A stretch of 63,663 nt of DNA, filler included, from Olpidium bornovanus S191 (Eukaryota; Fungi; Olpidiomycota), in NCBI GenBank assembly GCA_017911155.1. It is 29 parts of 29 records of this genome, joined end to end, with 100 filler letters (N's around TTAATTAATTAA, not from the genome) between each part and the next. Parts side by side here need not be neighbours in the genome. Positions count along the whole stretch, not along the records: positions 9,857 to 14,032 come from JAEFCI010002120.1; positions 14,133 to 16,361 come from JAEFCI010008230.1; positions 16,462 to 19,402 come from JAEFCI010002133.1; positions 19,503 to 21,794 come from JAEFCI010004891.1; positions 21,895 to 23,530 come from JAEFCI010012310.1; 24 more parts are not named here. One strand, given 5' to 3'. The position numbers and the translations under genes were made by a program. The notes beneath the pieces were generated by a model that did no database searches, was not told the DNA's origin, and saw only the letters and a list, made by a program, of their open reading frames with translations. Of this stretch, positions 10,241 through 22,821 are shown in pieces (position 1 is the stretch's first letter; every line of letters starts with the position of its first letter).

Positions 10241-13200
10241 GCCTTTCCTATTCTCCCGTAAATTTCCCTAATAACCATGTTAATGCGCATTGCCGCCCAG
10301 CGGAACAAGTATATGCGGGTTATCGCACTGATGGGCGTTGAAAATAAGACGTATCAGCCGTTCCGCACCCCGGGCGCCGCGTCGCGCCAAAAGACATCCC
10401 TTTCCCGCGTTACCTCTTTCCCGATAGAATTTTCGCCTGACGTGCCCCCACCGCAAATTGATTTTGGTTGGTCGGAATGGAAGTAACCTTGCACCGTCGG
10501 TAAACAAACATGTCGAAAGCGGGATCCATAACAGCGGTTGCTTGCCAAGACACTCCCTACCTCAGAAATTTGCGTCCGACAAAGCTTGGTGTTTTTGGGA
10601 AACGGGACGTAACCCCTGTCGTTATGGTTGCGGTTTCCCAGTGGCCGACGAGCCAAAGAGTTCCGCCGCATTTGTGCATTTTATTTCCCCGCTAACGATG
10701 GCGGCAGGCATCACTAGACGAGATGTCTCGACGACGCCTCCCGCGAGTCGGAACTCAGACCAACAGCAGCCAGCCACCTCGCCCAACCTCCCCTGTGTTC
10801 CATTTTTGCTTTAAGGAATAAATTACAATGTTTTTTATCGATAAAAAATGCACATATTCAAGTATAATCAATTTGCTCAAAACTATCAATTAGACGTAAT
10901 CCCTGTCCTGTCGCCGAAGGTAGTCCACGATACACCGGAAGGTGAGGAAGAACCAGGCGCTCCTACCGTGTTGAGATCCCCAGACGCTCGACGACAGATT
11001 GGCCCTCGTTCGCGGCTTCCACATGCAACGCAACACGTACTCCGAGAACACGCTTGCAACAGCGGGATCCTGCACACCAGCCCCTGCAAGGTGTCCAAGG
11101 CACCGAAAGATCGACTCCAAAAAATCTTTAGGATGTCCAGGTACAGTCAACGCTAAAAGCAACAGATTTGCATTAGCTGATTAAGCAGCATGCACGTATT
11201 ATTTTTAACATAACTCGCCATTTGCCACCTGCATAGATGCCGAAGAGGCCGGTCATCCGCCTTTGCAATACAGGGAAACATGGAGGCACTGATTCCGCTT
11301 TGTATGCTGCACGACGTGCCATAAGGCGACCCCCAGTCGTTCGTATTGAGATGAACACGGAAAGAACCAATTAAGCCAATGCAGGCTAGATTGGAACATT
11401 TCTCAAAGCACTCACTTTTTCCAATGATTTGCGGCTAAAAAAAATTGGCTTGTAGAGTGGTTATTACTAACTCCTTGAACCTCGCATGGTGGGAGTAATT
11501 TTTGCCCTGCTCCAGACAACATTCCGTGAGGGACGACCTGACGTGGACTCGAGCGGCGGTTCCACCCCCAGCTGTCTGGCTACGCTGTCTTCCTGCATGC
11601 TGGCGCTTCCGTCCGCTGCCCCTTGGATGTGCGGCTTAGCATTCCCCATCCTGTGGCTGGTGCTTTACCCTTTGTCCGTCCTGCTATCTTGCGTCGGCAA
11701 GGCGTGGATGGCGTTGCCGGCGGCGTTGGCAAGCGGGTTGTATGTGGTGATGGCAAAGGAGGGGTCACCGGCGGGGACATCATTGTCATCGGCGGCTGCG
11801 AGGGGCTTGGCATTGCTGCGCGTTCAGATGCTAGCAAAAGCCCTTGCGAAGCACCATCCACTATTGGTGAAAAAGCTGGATGGGGGAGCCAGAATGAATT
11901 GGCAGCTCCAACATTATCCTCCGCATTTATGCGCTTAAGCCACTTTCGCCCATCATCTACGCCGGTGTTGGTGACAGAGACTGGGAGCTGCGAAATGGAG
12001 GATGGTCGATAACGGTTGTTATATTTACTCCGCGCCTGCGAACCTCAAGAGGCGGTCCATCCTCCTCGTCTGAGTCACGTAAAAGCCAGGCCAGATGAAC
12101 CTGCGATGGGGATGTTCCAGCCCAGAGTCGTCGTCTGTACACAGAACTCTGCAATTGCGCTGCGTGGCCTGCCAACCGAGTGACTTGATTGTTCCAACGG
12201 AGGCATGGGCTGTGCAGGTGTCGGGCTCGTTGAATGCCTGGCGGTAGGGCATATCGTCGAGAATGTAGCCCTGGGTGGGTGTGGGTGAGAAAATTGGCGC
12301 TTTCAGTTGCGGTCGATATTGGTACGGTTAGAGGTTTTGGTGGCGAAATCATTGCAGCAGTTGAAGATGTCACAGCACCGGTGGGATAGGCGAGCACCGA
12401 CTACAGTCGATGAGCCCCGGTCCCAAATGATCCTGGAGGTGACAGAGATTGCATGGCGGCGTGCGCTGAGGGCAGGGATGACGCAGCCTAGAGGCCGCGA
12501 GAAAATGCTGTCAATGCGACTGGAGTTTGCCGCCCGTTTCTAGCAAGCGAAGCCAATGCCCACCCCGTCCAATTTAACTTGGCGTCAAACTTCGGCCGCC
12601 AAAGACGTTCCTGCCGCAGATATGTCGATATCCATTTCGGTGCAGTCCACAAGGCAGAGACTCCGTGCTGAGCACATTGCAGGCGCAACTTTGCAATTTG
12701 GGATTCCATGGTCGCGTGCGAGCCAAGGTGGGGAACCGTGTGGACCGCGGCCGTGCGACAAACCATGGGACCGATACGGGATGACTCAACCAGAACTTAA
12801 CGACGGAGGCGAAATGTAAAACAGAGAGCTGATTCCCATCCGCGAGCGCGGGTGTGGAGAGCTGCACTGTCCAAGTTAAGCGGGTGGCAAAGCGCGCTGA
12901 ACCATTGCAAGGTGGGTCGCCTTACACTGATCAGCTGGCTAAATGCAAGGGATTCCTTCGCGTGTGAAAAATACGCGCCCCGCTGCACGGTTGCAGCGGC
13001 TTTCACAGCCGCGGATACCGGCTGAGGTTAACCCCGTCGCGTTGCTCGGCACCGCCGTTTCCGTCGTCATCGGATCCGCGTTAGGCCGACGTTCGAAACG
13101 AGGAAGTGCGAACGGGTCGAGCCTCGACGGCGAGGTTGCTCGTCTTCCCTGATGACGTCACCTGCCTTTGACTTCACAAAGCCACGGCGCTGCGACGCAT

Positions 13201-14408
13201 TTCCGGCGCATCGGCGAATGCTGGTTTTTTGCGTTCTGTTATTATTTTTTATTTTATTTTTTTTTTGCGGACGCGCATTTGCCGACGCCGAGAGGAACGG
13301 AGCGCATCGCGAAAGAGACCGCCTTCGCTGTTGCCGTCCTCCGACGAGTGACGCTAATCTGGTGGGACAAAGGGGGCGCGCCGCTGTCAAGTAAGAAAAA
13401 ACACCTGTTTCCGTGACTTGGTCCGGCGGCCGTGATGGGTCGCGGTGTGAGGAAATCCGGCAGGGCAGGGAACACTATGATGTACGGAGACGCGAAGTCG
13501 CCAAGTTGCAATGTTTGGAAACAGGCCGTCGTCTCTGCAAGGATTGAGATTCCGGAGAGCAGCGCGCGGGAAGGCAAGAGAAGCGGCCGACGCTCGATAT
13601 GCTGGATTCGTCGACGCTCCGGCTGCTCCGCCGGATTTCCTGCGTTTCGTGCGGCCGCGGTGGCCCGGTACGCCATCGGAACGCACGTTATTGACTGTTT
13701 CGTGGAAACTGGCGCGGGGAGGGGGGGCGAGAAAGAGAGAGGGAGGGAGGGAAGAAGGGTGGGGGGGAAGTTTGAGGAGAGCGAGGCAGATTAATTTACG
13801 GAACATCGTCGTCGTGACCGTCGCCTCCAGCCGAGAATATCCTACCTGCCACAAAGCTTAATCGAGCGACCGCCGGCGACTCGACCGTCCCGGGCAATGT
13901 GTGTGCCCCGCCATGCGTCTGGAGCGCGCAGCGCTTCGCTACAGCAGAGTCGTGCGCTCCCGAGGACCGTCTTTTGGCCGAGACCAACCCTTCAACGTGC
14001 TTTCGGCACTGCCTGTCGCGAGCAGTCCGCCANNNNNNNNNNNNNNNNNNNNNNNNNNNNNNNNNNNNNNNNNNNNTTAATTAATTAANNNNNNNNNNNN
14101 NNNNNNNNNNNNNNNNNNNNNNNNNNNNNNNNCATGCTACCAGTTGCATTATAAGAACCCCTCGCCGCTGCGCCCACTGCCGTGCTATTGTCGATTGGAG
14201 ATGACCATATCTTCTTGCTGGCAGATGCTGCGGCATCTCCAAGCCTTCATCGCTGTCGCGAACAGACCTAGTTATTTCGCCGATGGCACAGTAGGTTTTG
14301 CCGCACTTGTACTCCGCTGATTAGGTAGCACATAGCCAGAAGGGGATGTCGCCAAAAACGCCCTTCGCAGCCAAGAGTCTCGGACGCCGGGAAAAACACG
14401 AGTTGCAC

Positions 14409-15345
14409 CTAGTCTGCGAGCACAGCATCCTTGGAACCGTAAGACAGTTTCAACTCCTTCTGCCTCTCGTAGGCCAACAGCACGCCGTCTTCCTCGTCCC
14501 GGTAGCCGTAGTAGTCCGCATCCACGTTTTTGTAAAGGTCGCCCCGCGTCCGCCTCTCCACTTCGGGCGCCGCCTGCTCGAACAGCTCCCGTACTCCCGG
14601 CAGGTCCTTGGCTCGTCCGAAATATTTGTAGCCTCTGTTCCCCGGGACCTCCTTTCCTTGGTGGTCCAGCATCTTTGGGCCAATCCGCTGCAGGACACGG
14701 CGACGTAAGAAATTGGCAAGTATGCGCGGTGGTCTGGCCCGTATGGCCCGGGCCATATGCGCGGATGACGCCGAAACGGGCTGCTGCACCGACAAAACCT
14801 ACGAAATAATCTGGGCCGCCAAGTTCCACGATCCGCCGCTCCCAATGGTTCTTCTCTCGCATAAGCTTGTTAATCTCGTCGTTCAGGTCGCGCACTTGGT
14901 AGTCGGAGAGCCCCGCTGTTGACGGTGTACGGACGTGTAAGAGCCTGCTCCCGGGGGAGTAAGATTTCCACACCAGTTAAGGCCGTGCGCAAGACGCCGT
15001 CGGACGTCCGGCGCCCGCGCGACATTGAACGGGGCCGCCCGCCACCAACCCCGCCCCGCGGGAAACGCCCGCTTCAGCCGTCGGCCCCCCTTCCCTTCCC
15101 CCCCCCCTTTTTCGCGGACCGAGGGCCTGCTCTTTCTCCCGTTCCTCACCGTCCTGGATCTTGGAGACCTTGCGAGATATGTCGCGGATGACCTGCTGCC
15201 TCCATCGCTCCGCGTCGCTGAGCTGGTTCACCTCCAGGGCCAGTTTCGGCCTGCGCTCCGGACCCGTCCGTATACCGAGCTCTGCGTTCTTCGCCTCGCG
15301 GAAGCGGTAGAGCATGGACTGGGCCTTTTCTTCGTTGCGCGCCAT
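14409..15345 (-). CDS. ISY1: Pre-mRNA splicing factor ISY1; 3' exon structure uncertain
   Basis: [37 protein letters not shown] | [36 protein letters not shown] | [34 protein letters not shown] are hallmark ISY1 motifs. Confidence 0.97.
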
Positions 15346-16253
15346 GGCGGTGTCGTCACGTTTCGGCGCGGACGCCTAGGAGGAGGAGAACAAAGGGGAG
15401 GAGGAGACTGCTGCGGTGGAAACAAATAGCGACGCCTGCGGGGCAAATGCGGCGTTGCTGGTGGCAAACTTTGTCCACCTTTCTGCCGCCGCTTTGCGCG
15501 TTAATGCGTCGCTTGCTCTTCTCTCCGGCCGTCCCGAGCGTTGGCGTTATGCGGCGTGCGAGGGCGAAACGCCGGGGGAGGGGGAGAGGGGGTAGGAGAG
15601 TGGCCCTCAGTCGTCACGTGTCCAATCCTCAAAAGTTTCAGGCTGGTCACGTGACTCGTTTGACGTGGTTTGCGTAGCGCAGGCACGCTGTTACGGACGG
15701 GACCATCTCGAACGTGTCGGATCAATGCTTCTGGTTTCCCAAGTCCTTTTGAAGATGAACAACAGTCTGGTCATCGAAAATGCGAGCACGGGGGGAAATC
15801 TCTTTGGTCTGGCAGGTCAAACGCAGAGTTATGGCTGCCGTCGAGCCGGCGGCATGGACGATGCTGCGATTTCTCTTCGATTTCCTGTTTTCTTTGAGCG
15901 GCAGGCGGGCTCATTTCCACATCGCCTCTTCGAATGATTTCATGTTTGGTTAATATTCAAGCACGGTATGTAAAACGAAGTTAACTCGATCGGTCGAATC
16001 ATGTCGGAATGGGGGGGGGGGGGGGTCAGCAAAAAAAGGAACGTCGTCCCGGTTCCCACTCGCACGCCGCGCGTCGGCCCCCCACGTGGCTTCGGTGGAG
16101 CCGGCGGGGAAGGAAGGGGATAGCGGGCAGACTTGAGCTGCTTACGCGGCTCGCGTGTTTGTTATTCCCGTGCGGTTTCCATACTCTCGGGGACTGAAAA
16201 ATTGGAGAGGCTTGGCACCGTTGGTGGGCGGCACATCTCGCAGGTACGGCAGG

Positions 16254-16293
<40 letters not shown>

Positions 16294-16462
16294 CGCGCGC
16301 GGGGGGGGGGGGGGGGCGGGGGGGCGGGGGGGCGGGGGGGGCGGGGGGGGCGGGGGGGCCGNNNNNNNNNNNNNNNNNNNNNNNNNNNNNNNNNNNNNNN
16401 NNNNNTTAATTAATTAANNNNNNNNNNNNNNNNNNNNNNNNNNNNNNNNNNNNNNNNNNNNA

Positions 16463-16570
<108 letters not shown>

Positions 16571-16578
16571 TTGAGCAG

Positions 16579-16951
16579 GACACTGTACTACGATTGCCGG
16601 ACGAACGCCGGCCCAAAGCACGTGTTCGGCAAGAAAGAGAACTACGAGTCTAACTTGCAGACAATCTACACTTTCCAGGACGTTTTTTCTTTCTGCGGCG
16701 TCATGAACAACGTCAAGCGGCCGGTTCATCTCGACGTCAACTCGAATCTGCACGTGCGTGGGGACCCGGATCGCACGATGGTCTCCTCCATTCTCTCCTC
16801 CACCTCTTTTTTTTCGAGGCGGTTCTGGAAGCCCTGTTTCCCGGTCATCAGGGGACGGTGGGCAAGGCTCCTGGTCGACCGTGATCGGCGTCTGGCTAAT
16901 CCTACATTTACGTTCCTCCTTTCCTCCACTTCCCCCACCCGCGCTCCTCAC

Positions 16952-16991
<40 letters not shown>

Positions 16992-17491
16992 CCCCGCTCA
17001 GCTCTTCAAGAATGGCATCAAGCCGATGTGGGAGGACCCGGCGAACATGCGTGGCGGCAAGTGGACTTTCACGCTTAGCAACAAGCACCACACGGCCCGA
17101 CCGGAGCTGTGCGACCGGCTGTGGCTGAATCTCGCCATGGCCGTGGTCGGCGAACAGTTCCGCGAAGATGTTTGCGGCATCGTAGTCTCCCGCCGGAACC
17201 GTGGGGACAGGTTGTCCGTGTGGACGTCAAACGCGCTCGACCGGCAGAAGGTCGAACGACTGAGGTGGGGAGCGGGGAAAAGTGTAGTGGGGCGGTTCAC
17301 CGACCGAAAACTTCCCGACAACCAATATCGCCCGGTCCCGCGAACCTCCGATTGCCCGTCCCCCCCCCCCCTTTTTTTTTTTCTCTTGTTCTTCCAGGGA
17401 AGAGATCATCAAGTTTGCCGACATGGGCGGCGAAAACCTTCCCATGGACTTCGCGACGCACGAGGCGGCACTGGCTACCACGCCGAAATGA
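16579..17491 (+). CDS. Atypical eIF4E-family cap-binding protein; 5' partial, 3 exons seen
   Basis: (W)TLYYD..YESNLQTIYTFQDVFSFCGVMNN | LFKNGIKPMWEDPANMRGGKW..DRLWLNLAMAVVGEQF..VCGIVVSRRNRGDRLSVWT | REEIIKFAD..THEAAL*. Exons lie at about 16579-16753, 17002-17264 and 17398-17491. Confidence 0.93.
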
Positions 17492-18438
17492 GCCGAAAAC
17501 GAAGTGGTTGGCCACGCAGAACCCGACGAATCCGGATGTCAAAAGCATCGTTGATCATCGGTTTTTTTATTTAATTCTTGTTGTTTTTCGTTTTTTCCGC
17601 TTCTGTCTTCTCCGCCTTCATTCGTGTTCGAGCTGCATGTCACACATGCAAAACATTGGCCCCATTCAGCGCTTCGATTATCAATACCGAGGTATCTGTG
17701 TTTTCTAGGTTGGTTTTTTTGAAAACAAACTAAGGTGTTGCCCAGGGACAAAGCAAATATCGTCACGTCTGTGATCTCGTTCCTTGGAGCACAATGCTGT
17801 TACGTAACTTTTTTCCGATGTTCATGTAAGAGCAGGCCCCAACTAAATCTCATCACGTTTTGCGAAATAATCGGCACATTTCTGGTAGGCGCAATTTCCT
17901 GTGGTTGATTTCGCGTCACCACAGTGCGCAGGCAGCTCTCTGGCCATGCAGGTAGTAAAATGCTCCCGAAGAGTTGGTGCTGAACCTTAGTCGCCGTCAC
18001 GTGGCAGAAATGCTATGCGGGCGCAATGCTTCTAGGGCAAAACTTGCAACCTCAAATGGAATCTGTTCCCTTCCACCCGTGCGCTTCGTCATCACTGGCC
18101 GCGCATCGTCGTGGAAGGAGGGTAATCACTTGTGCCGCTGCCATCGTGAGCAAATGGCCTTGCAAGGCGACGTGGCCTGCCCTGGTCCGGGATAAGCAGC
18201 ACTCGTGCAGTGTCCCTGGTCAGGTGGTGACACGGATCGACAATATGCCCCCTCGACTCCATCCCCGCCCCTTTGTAAGAATTCCGTCGCAAACTGCGCT
18301 TGCCGCCAGAAGCGGGCTGAGCGGAATCGGGAAAGCTCGAGATATTTTCAACGTTTAAAGCATATCTGCGGGCAGTCTTTCGTCTCCCGTGACAAAGGGG
18401 CAGCAGACGGCGGCGGATGCGGTGCGTACAGGCCTCAG

Positions 18439-19111
18439 TTACAGGAAGTGCTGACCGTAACGGATTGTCATGGCAGCGCTGTGCAAGGAGATGCCGGCAA
18501 TTTCTCAAAAAAAATTTGTCCGTAATAGCATACTTCTTCAACGCGGAACTCACCTTAGTAACGCCACCAAACCAGCCGGCATGAACTTCAGAACGTGGAA
18601 TGAACCGGTCCCATTAATTGAAAACCCAGATCACCAACAACTCGCGGTAAGCCCTGTCGAGAGCTTTTCATTACCTTTCCAGTATTGAAGTATCTCATTC
18701 CCATGATTATCGTCAGAGCCACGGTCGTCGCTAGACGGGTCGCGCGCCCATGGGGGGGCCGTTTCCAAAACTCAGCAAGCGCGGCCCATAACCCAACTTT
18801 TCTCCCCAAGTGTGTCGAAACACGCGTTGCGGAGCTTGCTGTTACCGGCGAGCAGGTGGACGTTCCGCGGATTGTGCGAGACCTTCTGGGCGCCCAGCCC
18901 CGCGACTATGCCGGAACCGACGCCGGCGACGAGGGAGGGAACGCTGCCTGGGGTCGAGCGGCACACATGTTTGTCAGCAGGACACGCCCAAGTGATGTGG
19001 GTGCGCCCGCAGGCAGACCGGTCCATGCGCCTCACCGGCCTTGAGGAACCCAAAAATTCCGCCTCCGGCCACCAGGGCGGCATATCCGAACGCGACGTAG
19101 TCAGTAGGCAT
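18439..19111 (-). CDS. TMEM14-family small membrane protein, about 5 exons
   Basis: MPTDYVAFGYAALVAGGGIFGFLKAG | SVPSLVAGVGSGIVAGLGAQKVSHNPRNV | VALTIIMGMRYFNTGK | FMPAGLVALLS | AAMTIRYGQHFL* follows the TMEM14C pattern (GYAALV..GG..G..KAGS..SL.AG; MGMRF...GKFMPAGL). Confidence 0.92.
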
Positions 19112-19509
19112 CGCGGGCGTGTTCCACGCGAGGGCAGGGTCACTTCGCGCGGGCGGTTTGGGTGGCCGGCGGGGGGTGGGGGCAGCGGGCAGCGCGGAGA
19201 ATTTGTGCCAACCACAACAAAAAGCCTCCGCGAGAGACAAGCGGGCGATTTCGCAAGCAATACTACTGGCTGCTGAAGTGATCGGGATGCAAGCAGGCAG
19301 AGTAGGCAGCCCTCCCAGACCGCGGAGATGTCTCCGTCTTCTCCTGCCGACGACTCATATAATTCTGCCTCACTTCTTTCAGTCACCTCGTCCTCCCCCA
19401 TGNNNNNNNNNNNNNNNNNNNNNNNNNNNNNNNNNNNNNNNNNNNNTTAATTAATTAANNNNNNNNNNNNNNNNNNNNNNNNNNNNNNNNNNNNNNNNNN
19501 NNTACGGCG

Positions 19510-19548
<39 letters not shown>

Positions 19549-19757
19549 AACCGCACGGAAAAACAAACCCCCCCTCCCCCCCGCCCTCCGACCGGCAACA
19601 AACTCGCAAACACACGCAGGCCCCCGGGGAAAGAGGACACGCTGCGGCCGGAAACTTCTGCGCGGAAAACGACGACCACCGGCGGCCGCCCGAGCAGAAA
19701 CGGGAAGCAGAGGAAAGCACGCAGAGGGAAACCGGGGCCCTCTGCCATCTCTTCTTC

Positions 19758-19792
<35 letters not shown>

Positions 19793-20176
19793 CCCCCCCC
19801 CCCCACCGCTGCCGCTCTCTGGCTGCCCGCGCACCCGAGGAAAAAAAAAAAACGGGCCTCCGCTTCCCCCCGCTTCCCTGAAACGACAGCGGAGCCGCCT
19901 TTTCGATTTCTGCTCCGCTTGCGCGCTCGCTCCCCCGCGCCGACTCGGCGGATTTACCTCCTTCGCGGCGGAAACCAAAAAAAAACAAAAAAAAAAAACG
20001 AGAGCCGCGGAGAACTTCCCCTTTCTGAGCACCTCTATCGTTCACCCCGCCTGCTCCGCCCCGCCCTGATTCCGGCCGAGAGCGACGGAAAGAGAGAGAG
20101 ATAGATAGATAGAGAGAGAGAAAAAGAGAGAGAGAGAGAGAGAGAGAGAAGCGGGCAGACAAAGAGAGAGGGGAGC

Positions 20177-20929
20177 ATGAAACTGTTCCAGACCTCGCAT
20201 ATCTACCCGCACCCGTGGGCGACCATAACGCAGGCGGCCTTCGCCAAGTACAAGTACCGTGACACCACCGACCTCACGCACGTCGTGGCGGTGGATGTGC
20301 TCGACCGCTCCGTCGACCCGCACACCGGCCGCCTCAGGACGGAGCGCCTCATAACCTGCGATCAGAGCGCCCCGGCCTTCATCAAGAAGCTGCTCGGCGG
20401 TTCCACCCTCACCTACATCCACGAGGTCTCGTACGTCGACGTCGAGAGCGAGACCCACGTCGCGAAGAGCAGGAACCTGACCGGCAGCAACCTCATCCTG
20501 TGCGAGGAAAACGTGGTGTACACGCCGGATCCCCAGGACAAGGAGAGGTGCGTTTGCGCCGAGGGAAGAAAAACAGAAGAGAAACAAGAAAAAAAAAAAG
20601 AAAAAAATTGGGTCGACCTCCACAACGTTTGAAGGCTGCGGATCTAGCCCCTTTCAAACGCTCAGACCGCCGCAAAAAAAACCCCCCCTCTTTTTCTCGA
20701 CAGGACTCTCTTCACTCAATCTGCCGAGATAACCGCGCTCCTCAATTTCAGCAAATTGTCGCACGCAGTCGAGGAATTCTGCGTAAAGAGATTCCGGGAA
20801 AACGCGGAGAAGGGTCGGCGCGCGTTGGAGGACGTCGTAGACCGCATTCTTAAAGAGGGACGCGAGCTGAGCAGGGATTTGGCCGTAAAAACGGAGGAAA
20901 TGCTGCACCCGGGATCCAAAAAGGCTTGA
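20177..20929 (+). CDS. PRELI/MSF1-domain mitochondrial intermembrane lipid-transfer protein (Ups2/PRELID3-like), 2 exons
   Basis: MKLFQTSHIYPHPWATIT..HVVAVDVLDRSVDPHTGRLRTERLITC..E.SYVD..SRNLT..EENVVYTPDP | TLFTQSAEIT..EEFCVKRFRENAEKGRRALEDV. GTGCGT donor at 20548; stop at 20927-20929. Confidence 0.92.
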
Positions 20930-22294
20930 GCCCACGCCCGCCGGATGGCGTTCAACCGGGAATTGGGGAGAGAGCCGTGTGCATTTTGGCATTGCTGAAC
21001 GGACTGCAGCGGGAGCAGCGGGAGCAGGTGCCCAGCATGACGGCTTCTTGTCGGTCTTGCTGAGCCCCACACCCCCCACCTCCCCTAGGACCTAGGACAG
21101 GATCCTCAGGATCGGCCACAACCCACCGTAAGTTCGCGGCGAGTACGGCGAGCGCGCGGGGGATCGGGACTAAAAGGGGAGTCGATGAAACACCCTGTCT
21201 GCTGCTGCTGCTGGCGCCGGAGTGCTCAAGTTCGCGCGTGCGGCGCGCAAGTCGGCACCCCGTCGAGTTGACAGCGGACCAGCGGACATCGGAATCCCGC
21301 GCTACCCCGGCTCTTGTGCGGCCGCGGTCCGTTGTCGCCGGGCGCAAGGGATCCTTTCCGCCTCAAAACGTTTTCGGAAGGAACCGGGCCGCGGATCCGG
21401 CGCTGAGTAGATGTTCGTCAAGGTTCGAAATTCACACGGTTGCCCCGTAGGTAACAAAGGCTGGCGGGGACGGGAGGACAGACATGGGTATGAGTATCAA
21501 AACCGGGCATTTTGTCGATGGTTCTTACCGTGTGCGCCCTGCTGGTATTACACTACAGCAAGGGGCCGATAAGCGCCTCAGGCTCCAGAGACGGCGGGAG
21601 TGTCAGCGAGCCCGTTTCACATGACGCAAAACTGATTGCTTTCTCACGGTGGAGATCGCCGGAATGCTGTTACCATGTACCATCCTGTGTTCAAAATATG
21701 TGCACAACCGTTTACGGGTGCTGCTTTCCGAAGGTACTGGTTCAGAAAGCAGGCCCTATAATTAAAAAAAACGAGGGCATCGTCGTCCAGGTGANNNNNN
21801 NNNNNNNNNNNNNNNNNNNNNNNNNNNNNNNNNNNNNNTTAATTAATTAANNNNNNNNNNNNNNNNNNNNNNNNNNNNNNNNNNNNNNNNNNNNCATGCT
21901 TTCGGTGCCCAATATTCTTGAACGCATAAGTCTCCGGCCAGGGTGGGATGCCACGCTGAGAGGCTACACGTCTAATTCGTATCCCAGCGTCGCGGCCGTC
22001 GACAGTGTAAGGACTGAAGAGGCCGAAAAGCTACAGAGAACGGTATGTCTCGTTCAGTCAGAAAATACAGCGCCTGCGTTTCGCCTTAGCGGTGGTCGCA
22101 CTTCGCGCGTCTTCTACCAGAAAAATCTGATCCTCACGTCCGCAAGGTCAAAACCCTATATTCCGAGGAGGACTTGGCAAAATCGGGACCAAACGAGGAG
22201 GAAGGCGGCTCGCAACGGTTCGAAGCGGTGAGCTGTTGCTACCGGATCACGGCTCCCCCCCGTAGGTCGCGGGATTAACCGGGGCCAAAAATTT

Positions 22295-22790
22295 ATGCGG
22301 ACGAAAATTCAGCTCAAAAGTGTCCTGCTCGAGCTGCTGCTGTCCACGCTCCGCGCGGATGCATCGCCGCGCAACACCCGTTACCTCCTGCACTTGTTGA
22401 ACGTGTACGTGGTCGAGGAAGTGTCGCATTGCCCGGCGGTCGTCGGCGTGGTCATCGGCGTCGTCCGCGACAAGATCCTGGCGTTATCCGCATCCTGCCC
22501 GGAAGTGTGTATGACGGCTTTCTGCCTGCTCGCCGACTTTGTGGACTTGTACGATTACGTCATGCGTGAGAGCAAGGTAACGAGGGAAAGTTTCCGCTTC
22601 CGCGGATCAAATACGCAAGCTCGTTCCGCGCCTTCACTCTTTTCCGCCCAAGCGTTGCGTCAGGGACCTGGTCACATCCTTGTGCGACTTTGTCAACGGC
22701 CTGCTGCGACCCAACCTCGGGGTAGGCGACCGCGGCCGCACCCGAACTTTTTGCAAAAAACGGACCCGGGGCCAAAAATTTCCCCCCCCG

Positions 22791-22821
<31 letters not shown>

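Noticed and set aside
21380-21450. Possible tRNA (GGTTCGAAAT resembles a T-loop)
   Set aside because: No acceptor stem, D-arm or anticodon arm could be folded around it.
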